The notes beneath the pieces were generated by a model. The model ran no database searches, was not told where the DNA came from, and saw only the letters and a list, made by a program, of their open reading frames with translations. Shown here piece after piece: positions 16,730 to 24,462 of a stretch of DNA of 64,000 bases; position 1 is the first letter of the stretch, and every line of letters begins with the position of its first letter. The DNA is taken from NCBI GenBank assembly GCA_903886275.1, contig CAISLN010000080.1, positions 43,719 to 107,718 on the forward strand, written 5' to 3'. The stretch is from an uncultured beta proteobacterium (GTDB lineage Bacteria; Pseudomonadota; Gammaproteobacteria; Burkholderiales; Burkholderiaceae_C). The position numbers were made by a program, and so were the translations under genes.

Positions 16730-18775
16730 CTACTTCTTGCGTGTGGCTGGCAAAAACCCCGCTGGCAGTACCACGCCGTTGGCCGCCTGTGCCAGTTTGA
16801 AGAACACATCGGTGTTGTCCTGCACGCCGGTAAAGCTCCAGGCGCCCGGGCCAAAGGCCGACAAGGGAATGTCGGTGGCGGTGTGCACGGCGCTGTCGCC
16901 CGGCACCTGTCCGGTCACCAAAAATTTGCCCTCGGTGTCACGGTTCATGGGGCCTGCCGGATACACCGACAGAGGCTCTTTTTTCACAAAGGGCTGCTGG
17001 CTGTCTTGCAGCGGTCTGTCATTGGTGCGGTAGTCTTCATAGCGGTCGGCATTGGCGCCGTAGCCCACCAAGATGCGGTTATCGATGTCGGTGGTTTCCG
17101 GGTAGCCATCAGCGGCCATTTTGTATTTGGGGAAACCAGCCTGCTCGTAAATGCCCACCACCTTGTCGCGCAAGTTGGCCACGCCACCCTCGCGCACCAG
17201 CTCTTGCAGGCGCGCATCGGTCACGCGCGAGCCGCCAATCAGGGCCGCGCCCGAGCACTCATGGTCGGCGGTGACGATGACCAGCGTGTCGCCGTGCAGC
17301 TTGGCAAAGGCCTGCACGCGGGCGATGGCGCGGTCGAACTCAATGGTGTCTAGCAACCAGCGTTCGGTGTCCATGTTGTGCGCCTGCTTGTCAATCGATG
17401 CCCCTTCGACCATCAGCACAAAGCCCTTCTTCTGGTGCTCCAGCACGGCCAGGGCCTTGTCGGTCATCTCATCGAGCATGGGCTGGTCGGGCAGGCCGTA
17501 GTCATCGACCACGCGTCCGTTGATACCGCGCGCCTTGTTGCGCCGACCGTCAATCTTGTCCAGCGCCACATTCATATTGGAGTGGGCAAACAGGCCCAGC
17601 AGTCGCTCGGTCTTGGCCGGGTTGATGGCATCCAGCGCGGTCTTGTCGGCGGCGTAAGTGAAGCCGGCCGATTGGAATTCGCCCATCAGGTCGCGCTCCT
17701 TGTCCATGGCGCCGGGGGCTGCGCCCCAGCGCTTGACGATCTCGCTGGTGTGCAGATCGGTGGCCGAGAAGGCGTAGTCGGTCTTGTCGCCACGGGCCGA
17801 GCCGGGCATGTTGGCCGGCACAAACCATTTGCGCCCGCCACCCATCAGCACCGTCAGGCCGGTGAGCTTTCGGTCGTCCAAAAATTGGTCCACGATGCCG
17901 GTGCCCGCGCCGCGTGCGCTGGTGTGCACCGCGTTGGCGGCCGGGGTGGCATCAAACACATCGGCCGTGGTCACCAGGCCCAGCGCCTTGCCCTGGGTGC
18001 GGTGCAGGTATTCGCTCAGGTACTCGATGCGCGGGTTGTCAAAGGGGTCGGTGGTGTCGTCGGGGAACACGCCCTCTTCGTTGTTGTTGTTCTTGTTGCC
18101 CGAGGCATAGCTGCTCATGCCGGGGGCCGAGTCGGTCACCACCGAGTTGAGCGAGGAGGTCTTCACCATGCCGGTCACCGGAAAGGTGTCCATGGCCAGC
18201 GGCGTGATGGTCTTGCCCTGTGCATAGCCGCCCGCGACGATGCGCGCGCCGGTGCGCTGGGCCGCACCCATGCCGTCGCCCAGCATGATGATGATGTTCT
18301 TGACCTTCTGGCCACCGGCGAGCAGGGGCACGACTTCGAAGTTGCCGCTGGCGCTGACCGATTGGCCGTCGCTTTGTGTGGCCGTCACCGTCACGGTATG
18401 CACGCCGGGCTTGCTGGCGCTGAAGGCACGCACTGTGGCGATAGTGGCGTTGGTGGGCACGCTAGCCAGGCAGCCCGTTGCACAACTGCGCAGCGCTACC
18501 GTCGCGTCCACTGTCTTGCCGTCGATGGTGAAACGGGCGGCTGTGATGGTCTTGCCGGCCTCGTCGGGGCGCAGCGTGGCCTGCAGGTCAAAGCGCTGAC
18601 CGGGCAAAAAGCGGGCGATCAGCGGTGCGGCATTGCCCGTTGAAAACAGTTCGCTGGGCGGAGTCAGGCGGCTGACCGTGGGGGCTGCGATGGCGTTGTT
18701 CGAGGCGATGGCCAGCAGCGTGGCCGAGGCCAGCAAGGACAGCCTGGCGCTTTTCAAATAAGGGGTGTGTGTCAT
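16730..18775 (-). CDS. PhoA-family alkaline phosphatase with N-terminal Ig-like extension
   Basis: Signal peptide, IMLGDGMG, VTDSAPG (catalytic Ser), DATPAA, MVEGASIDKQAH, VTADHEC, VHTATD. Confidence 0.88.
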   Translation of the reverse strand: MTHTPYLKSARLSLLASATLLAIASNNAIAAPTVSRLTPPSELFSTGNAAPLIARFLPGQRFDLQATLRPDEAGKTITAARFTIDGKTVDATVALRSCATGCLASVPTNATIATVRAFSASKPGVHTVTVTATQSDGQSVSASGNFEVVPLLAGGQKVKNIIIMLGDGMGAAQRTGARIVAGGYAQGKTITPLAMDTFPVTGMVKTSSLNSVVTDSAPGMSSYASGNKNNNNEEGVFPDDTTDPFDNPRIEYLSEYLHRTQGKALGLVTTADVFDATPAANAVHTSARGAGTGIVDQFLDDRKLTGLTVLMGGGRKWFVPANMPGSARGDKTDYAFSATDLHTSEIVKRWGAAPGAMDKERDLMGEFQSAGFTYAADKTALDAINPAKTERLLGLFAHSNMNVALDKIDGRRNKARGINGRVVDDYGLPDQPMLDEMTDKALAVLEHQKKGFVLMVEGASIDKQAHNMDTERWLLDTIEFDRAIARVQAFAKLHGDTLVIVTADHECSGAALIGGSRVTDARLQELVREGGVANLRDKVVGIYEQAGFPKYKMAADGYPETTDIDNRILVGYGANADRYEDYRTNDRPLQDSQQPFVKKEPLSVYPAGPMNRDTEGKFLVTGQVPGDSAVHTATDIPLSAFGPGAWSFTGVQDNTDVFFKLAQAANGVVLPAGFLPATRKK

Positions 18776-18794
18776 GGTGTTGGAGGCAGGTTGT

Positions 18795-19331
18795 TCAGTG
18801 GATGTGTTGCTGGGCGTGCAGGTAGTTGCTGACTTCAAAGGCATTCATGCCGCGTGTGGCTGCGTTGCCCATTTGCAGGCGCACCCAGGAGACGCGGCCA
18901 TCGGACTCTTCGAGGCGGCCCACGCTGAGTACACCGCTGAGCTCGATCAGGCCGCGCTGGTAGGGAATGGCAAAGCCCTGTTGTTCGGGGTCGAGGTAGA
19001 CCATGGCCCAGGCGGCGGGCAGGTCATCTGCGTCGCCATCGGCTTGCTCACTCATGCGCACCGGGCGCGGCGTGAGCATGAATTTCCCCAGTGCCGCTCG
19101 CTCCTGCTGCACCATGTAGCCGCTCAGGCGCACCAGCTTGCCGTCGGCCTGCAGCAGGGCCGGTGTCAGCGCAAGACCCTTGTTGCCCAGGGGCAGTTGG
19201 AAGAAATCGGCAAAGCGCAGCAGCGTCGGTGCGGTGGTGGTGGCCGGCAGGGGCTGCGCGAAGGTGGGCGTGGCCATGGCCAGCAGCAAAAAGGCGGCGC
19301 GCCAGAGGGCAGGGGGTCGCAATTTCACCAT
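18795..19331 (-). CDS. Exported DUF3299-like (OB-fold-like) protein
   Basis: Signal peptide; ADGKLVRLSGYMV...KFMLTPRP pattern; 20 nt upstream of the phosphatase start. Confidence 0.55.
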   Translation of the reverse strand: MVKLRPPALWRAAFLLLAMATPTFAQPLPATTTAPTLLRFADFFQLPLGNKGLALTPALLQADGKLVRLSGYMVQQERAALGKFMLTPRPVRMSEQADGDADDLPAAWAMVYLDPEQQGFAIPYQRGLIELSGVLSVGRLEESDGRVSWVRLQMGNAATRGMNAFEVSNYLHAQQHIH

Positions 19332-19335
19332 GGCC

Positions 19336-20133
19336 TTAGCTCGCCTGCACCAGCGCCAGCAGCTGGGCGCGGATTTTTCCGTGCGCGTGCAGGGCCAGCG
19401 ATTTGCGCGTGTGGCCCAGTGCCACCACGCGCTCGCCTAGATGCACGCGTGCCTCTATGGTGGAGCTGGCCATCACCCGTTTGAGCGATTGCGCCAGCGT
19501 CATGTCGCCTATGAAGTGCGCCGCCGTTGCGGCCTCTCCGGTGGCACTGTCGATGTAGTGCAGCGTCAGCAGTTGCACCTCGCAGCGGGCGCGGATGGCG
19601 CTTTCAAAGATGTTGGCGTGGAAGCTGCCCAGTGCGCTGCCATCGCTGCTGGTGCCCTCGGGAAACACCACGACCGCATAGCCCTGCGCAATCGCACTGG
19701 CCGTGTCTTCCACCATGGCGCGTGCCGAGCGGGCGGAGGCGCGGTCCACAAAAATAGTGGCGCAGGCATGGGCCAAATAGCCCACCACCGGCCAGTGCCG
19801 CACTTCACGTTTGGCCACAAAGGCGCCGGGAATGAGCGACTGCAGCACCAGCACGTCCAGCCAGGACAGGTGGTTGCACACCACCAGGCCGGCAAAGTCA
19901 GGCGGCGCCGGCTGGCTGCACTGCACCTTGATGTGGAGCGTGGCGAGCACCGCCCTGGCCCAGCGCTGAATCGCCGCCAGCCTTTGCGCCTTGTTCCAAT
20001 CCGCAAAACGCAGTGCGACCAAAAGCGTTCCGTGGCCGAAGTGGGCCGCAATGCGCAAGGCCTTGTAGGCATCGCTCAGGCCGGCAGAGACGCGTGACAT
20101 GCGTGGGGGCAGTGCGAGCAGGGGGACTGGCAT
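19336..20133 (-). CDS. Lysophospholipid acyltransferase, PlsC/OlsA family
   Basis: CNHLSWLD, FVAKREV, IFVDR, VFPEGTSS; GGAGG 7 nt before ATG 20133. Confidence 0.88.
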   Translation of the reverse strand: MPVPLLALPPRMSRVSAGLSDAYKALRIAAHFGHGTLLVALRFADWNKAQRLAAIQRWARAVLATLHIKVQCSQPAPPDFAGLVVCNHLSWLDVLVLQSLIPGAFVAKREVRHWPVVGYLAHACATIFVDRASARSARAMVEDTASAIAQGYAVVVFPEGTSSDGSALGSFHANIFESAIRARCEVQLLTLHYIDSATGEAATAAHFIGDMTLAQSLKRVMASSTIEARVHLGERVVALGHTRKSLALHAHGKIRAQLLALVQAS

Positions 20134-20175
20134 CGAAACGCCTCCGATCAAAAGCCGCAAGCGTAGAGGGCTTGT

Positions 20176-20193
20176 GTGACAGCAGGGTGTCAG
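20176..20193 (-). promoter_or_regulatory. Putative Pho box for the acyltransferase-DUF3299-phosphatase operon
   Basis: Minus strand CTGACAC-cctg-CTGTCAC, 42 nt upstream of ATG 20133. Confidence 0.7.
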
Positions 20194-20300
20194 CGCCCTG
20201 CGGCGCCGCTGCAGACCGATAATGAAAACTACTGGAGAACCACCCTGCTCAAAAACCTGACTACCAAGGCCGGATGCGCCTGCATGCCGGACTGCACCCG

Positions 20301-22457
20301 ATGACCTTTGGCGTGAACGACAACTGGTTGGCGAACTGGAAGCGAGCCCTCAACCACGAGGGCGTCACCCGTGGGGCGCAGGCCCTGCTGGCGCTGGGTT
20401 GTGTGCTGGCCCTGGGCTGGCAGGGGGACTGGCAGGATGTGCTGATGCCGGTGTTGCTGGGCGTGCTGGCCAGCGCCTTTGCCGAGACCGATGACAACTG
20501 GAGCGGGCGCCTCAAGGCACAGCTGCTGTCGCTGGGCGCCTTCGCCCTGGTGGTGGCTGCGGTCTGGGCCGCCCTGCCTTCGTTTGTGACGCTGGCCGCC
20601 GTGCTGGCGCTTTCGGCCTTTGTGCTGACCATGCTGGGCGCCTTGGGCGAGCGCTATCGGGCCATTGCCTTTGGCGCGCTGGTGCTGTTTATCTACACCG
20701 CGCTGTCGGCGCACAACAACCGCGACCAGGCGCTCGATGCTGCACCCTATTTGCTGGGCGGCGCAGCCTGGTATGGCCTGGTGTCGCTGTGCTGGGCCGC
20801 TGCCTGGCCCCGGCCTACGGTGCGCCATCGTCTGTCGCAGCTCTATGCGCTGTTGGGCGAATACCTGCGCCTCAAGGCCCAGCTGCTGGAGCCGGTGAGC
20901 GATATCGACCTGGCCGGTCGCCGCTTGGAGCTCGCCCTGCACAACGCCCACGTGGTGGACGCCCTCAACGCCACCAAGGATTGCCTGTTTAGCCGCTTGG
21001 GCACCGCCCCGCCGCCGCCCTGGATGCAGGAGGCCATGCGCCAGTACCTGGCGGCACAGGACATCCACGAGCGCGTCAGCAGCTCGCATGAGAGCTACGC
21101 CGTGCTGGCCCTGGCCTTCCCGCGCTCGGACGCGCTCTACCGCTGCCAGCGCGTGCTCAGCGTGCTGGGGGAACAGGCGCAAAAGTTTGCGCGCGCCATA
21201 CGTGAGCGCAGCCGGGCGCAGCATGCCGGCACCACGGCAAGGGCGATTGAAGACATGCAGGCCGCCATGGGTTTTTTGGATGCCTCGCAAGCGCTGCCCG
21301 CCCTGCAAAGCCCGCTGCGTGCCCTGCATGCGCTGGGCGACAACCTGACCGGACTGGCCAGCGTGTTTGCCAAAGCCATGCGCCATGGGGGTGTGGCGCC
21401 CGATTTGTCACTGTTCGATCGCAAGCCACAGACCCTGGGCGAGGCCTGGGGCCGCGTGCGCGCCCAGCTCCATTTGCGCTCGGCCCTGATGCGCCATGCC
21501 CTGCGCTTGGCGCTGGCGCTGCTGCTGGCCTGTGCGGTGATGCGCGCCACCCATGACCCGCATGGCTATTGGATTTTGCTCACCGTGGTGTTTACCAGCC
21601 AGCCGCACTTTGCCGCCACGCTGAGCCGGGCGGTGCAGCGGGCTGTTGGCACCGTGGTCGGGTTGGCGGTGGGCTGGGCGCTGATAAGACTGTTCCCCAG
21701 CGCCTTGTTGCAGGCCGTCTGCATGGTGCTGGCCGGTGCCCTCTTCATTGGCAAACGCCAGACCGATTTGCGCACGGCCACCGCCGCCATCACCGCGCTG
21801 GTGCTGCTGAGCTTTCACCAAATGGGCATGTCGCAGGGGGTGATTCCGGCGCGGCTGTTGGATGCCGCATGGGGCAGCGCCATCTCGGCCCTGGCCGCTT
21901 GGCTGGTGCTGCCCAACTGGCAGGCGCGCCACCTGCCGCATCTGGCGGCGCAGGCCCTGCGCGCGCAGGGCGGCTATCTGCACGAAATTTTGTTGCAGTA
22001 CCAAAACGGCAAGCAAGACCACCTGGCCTACCGGCTGGCAAGACGCAATGCGCACAACGCCGATGCGGCCCTGGCCAACGCCTACGGCACCATGCGCAAG
22101 GAGCCCCGCAGCACGCGCCTGAACGAGGCGGCCTGCGGGCAATTTGTGGTGCTCTCGCACATGCTCCTGAACTTCTTGTCGGCGCTGGGCGCGCACCGCG
22201 GCGAGGCCGATGTGGGCGTTCTCGACGAGCAGGCGCAAGAGTCCGCCGCGCGGTTGCAACAGGGCTTGGCGAGCCTGGCGCAGCTGCTGGACCAGCCGCG
22301 CCTGCCATCCGTGCAACGCAGTGCGCCCAATGCCCAATCGGTGGAGCCTGATGGCGCTGCGCAGCCCCAGAGCCTGCTGCAGTCCCAACTGCGCCTGGCC
22401 AACCGCCTGTTGCCCGAACTTGGTCAGCAGGCGCTGCTGTTCAAGGCCCCGCCTTGA
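20301..22457 (+). CDS. YccS/YhfK (FUSC-family) membrane protein
   Basis: AETDDNWSGR, RHALRLALAL, HGYWILLT, YRLARRNAHNADAAL. Confidence 0.88.
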   Translation: MTFGVNDNWLANWKRALNHEGVTRGAQALLALGCVLALGWQGDWQDVLMPVLLGVLASAFAETDDNWSGRLKAQLLSLGAFALVVAAVWAALPSFVTLAAVLALSAFVLTMLGALGERYRAIAFGALVLFIYTALSAHNNRDQALDAAPYLLGGAAWYGLVSLCWAAAWPRPTVRHRLSQLYALLGEYLRLKAQLLEPVSDIDLAGRRLELALHNAHVVDALNATKDCLFSRLGTAPPPPWMQEAMRQYLAAQDIHERVSSSHESYAVLALAFPRSDALYRCQRVLSVLGEQAQKFARAIRERSRAQHAGTTARAIEDMQAAMGFLDASQALPALQSPLRALHALGDNLTGLASVFAKAMRHGGVAPDLSLFDRKPQTLGEAWGRVRAQLHLRSALMRHALRLALALLLACAVMRATHDPHGYWILLTVVFTSQPHFAATLSRAVQRAVGTVVGLAVGWALIRLFPSALLQAVCMVLAGALFIGKRQTDLRTATAAITALVLLSFHQMGMSQGVIPARLLDAAWGSAISALAAWLVLPNWQARHLPHLAAQALRAQGGYLHEILLQYQNGKQDHLAYRLARRNAHNADAALANAYGTMRKEPRSTRLNEAACGQFVVLSHMLLNFLSALGAHRGEADVGVLDEQAQESAARLQQGLASLAQLLDQPRLPSVQRSAPNAQSVEPDGAAQPQSLLQSQLRLANRLLPELGQQALLFKAPP

Positions 22458-22649
22458 GCGCCGGGCGCTTTGTCTAGCACATTTCAAAAAACGATCTGCA
22501 TCCTTTTTGAGCACCGGCCGCCAGGCCAATAGGCATGCGGGTTTGGGGTAGTTACGCAGAAGTTATCCCCAGCTCCACGCACAGTTTCTGGGGACACAAT
22601 GGCGCAGTGGCAGGGCACAAAGCCCGTAACCCCGCCGCTGCCCAACCCG

Positions 22650-23222
22650 CTACAGCTTGTGCGCCGCCGTGAACAGCAAGTCGAAAAACAGGCAGTACAG
22701 AGCAATCGGCAGGGGCAGACCGAGCAGGGTGCCTAGCACATAGTCGCGCAGGCGTACGCCCGAGACGGCCAGCGCATAGTTCAGCGTGGGCAGGGTCTGG
22801 AACAGGGTGCGCAGCAGCAGCACATTGCGCACCGGGTGGGCCTGCAGTTGCCCCAGCAGGCGCAGGGCCAGGGGGCGGTTCAGGTGCACCGTCATGTCGC
22901 CGCCTAACAGGCGGATCAACACAAAGGTGCAGACGCAGGAGATGCAGGCCGCGATGTAGGTCAGCACACCGCCGTCCAGCCGCCCCAGGGCGTAGACGGC
23001 TGCGGCCAAAAAGAGCGAGCCCGGCAGGTGCAGCATATTGCCGACGGCGAACAGGGCCACAAACAGCGCCAGGCTGCTCAAGGGATTGCCGTGCAGCAGG
23101 TCTTGCAGGTACTGCAAGTTGAGGTGGCTGCGCAGCCCCGTGGCATGCTCCAGCAGCACCAGGGCCAGCACCAACAGCAGCAGCGCAATCGGCCGGCGGT
23201 AGCGCCACAGAGCGGCTCTCAC
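22650..23222 (-). CDS. VTT-domain (TVP38/TMEM64) membrane protein
   Basis: LHLPGS...LLLRTLFQTLPTLNYALAVSGVRLRDYVLGTLLGLP; GTG start overlaps the upstream TGA. Confidence 0.8.
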   Translation of the reverse strand: MRAALWRYRRPIALLLLVLALVLLEHATGLRSHLNLQYLQDLLHGNPLSSLALFVALFAVGNMLHLPGSLFLAAAVYALGRLDGGVLTYIAACISCVCTFVLIRLLGGDMTVHLNRPLALRLLGQLQAHPVRNVLLLRTLFQTLPTLNYALAVSGVRLRDYVLGTLLGLPLPIALYCLFFDLLFTAAHKL

Positions 23223-23998
23223 AGGCAGCTCAGGCTCAGGGCCTGCAGGTATTCGTGGCGCTGTGCGTCCTGCACCACCAGGTTGATGCGTCGGGCATGC
23301 TCCGGCTGCTCGGCCAGGGCATAGAACTTCAGCAGCTGCGGCCCCTGGTACTGGCCCACAGGCGCGTACTGGCGCACCACAAAGTCGTGCTTTAAAAATG
23401 CACCGGCGTTTTCTCCGGCCTTGACGCGCGAGCTGTGGCCGTCCTCGGTAACGCTCCAGTAGGCGGTCCATGTCGCCTTGCCATCGACCGGCTCGACCCT
23501 TGCCTCAAAGCCATCGGTGTCGCCTACGCGCTGCAGGTTGATGCGGGCAAGGGCCGGTGGCTGTACGCCCGTGACACGCTGGCTGTCGCGCTGCCCGTGC
23601 CAGTCTCTCCAGTCGCTCCAGTCGCGCCCGTTGCGCAGCAACTGCGGCGTGTAAATGCCGCTCAGGTGGTTTTGCGCCGCGAGGTCTTTTTGCCTTGCAG
23701 AAAATGCCGGCTGGGCAAAGCGGTCCTTCCAGCCTATGTAGTCCCAATAGGCCACATGAAAGGCCTGTGCCACTACCGGCTGGCCCTTCAGCTTGGACAA
23801 CCATTGGTCGGCCGGCGGGCAGGAACTGCAGCCCTCGGAGGTGTAGAGCTCTATCACGGGCGTCAGCGTGGCGCCGCTGCTGGCCTGGCATTGCGGGGCT
23901 GCCGCTGTGGCAGCGAGGGGCAGGGCGCAACACAGGGCGAGCAGGGCGGTCAGAGGGGCAAGGCGACTTGCAGGGCGGCTGGGGTGGTTGTGTTGCAT
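23219..23998 (-). CDS. DUF1223 thioredoxin-like exported protein
   Basis: ELYTSEGCSSCPPAD, FHVAYWDYIGWKDRFA, IYTPQL. Confidence 0.88.
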   Translation of the reverse strand: MQHNHPSRPASRLAPLTALLALCCALPLAATAAAPQCQASSGATLTPVIELYTSEGCSSCPPADQWLSKLKGQPVVAQAFHVAYWDYIGWKDRFAQPAFSARQKDLAAQNHLSGIYTPQLLRNGRDWSDWRDWHGQRDSQRVTGVQPPALARINLQRVGDTDGFEARVEPVDGKATWTAYWSVTEDGHSSRVKAGENAGAFLKHDFVVRQYAPVGQYQGPQLLKFYALAEQPEHARRINLVVQDAQRHEYLQALSLSCL

Positions 23999-24263
23999 CG
24001 TGGTGGTGTCCGTTGGCGGCGATGTGCTTAGTCGCGGGTGCGGGCCCAATCCTTACACTGAATCACAAAGAGCGGCTGAAGTCACGCGGCTTTATTCTGC
24101 ACAGGTGTGTTGAAATTTGGATCACCTGAACCGGCACCCCGTTCCGATGCGGTCGGATAGCCTGGCAGCGGCGCAACGCAATTCGCACTTGCAGAGGGAG
24201 GGGTCTTGCCTAATTACAATTTTTGGGGCCGCCGTGGGCTGGAAGCTGTCTGTCACGTAGTGC

Positions 24264-24313
24264 TTGCGTTAGTCAAGTACGCAGCGTTTGCAGTCATAGA
24301 GATTTTGGCTGTG
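24264..24313. repeat. Left flank repeat element of the sacsin-like island
   Basis: Reverse complement matches 30180-30212 (29/33) and 30115-30139 (22/25). Confidence 0.75.
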
Positions 24314-24462
24314 AACGACTCCAGAAGGCTGATAGCTGCCGGTCACGACAGTCAGCTTTCGAGTTGGCCAATCCATTGCTTATCACAAGCCGTTCATGCC
24401 GGATTTCAATGTGTCCAAAGCGTAAGCTCCTAACCAAATGCCAGTGAACGGCCAGCACGTGC

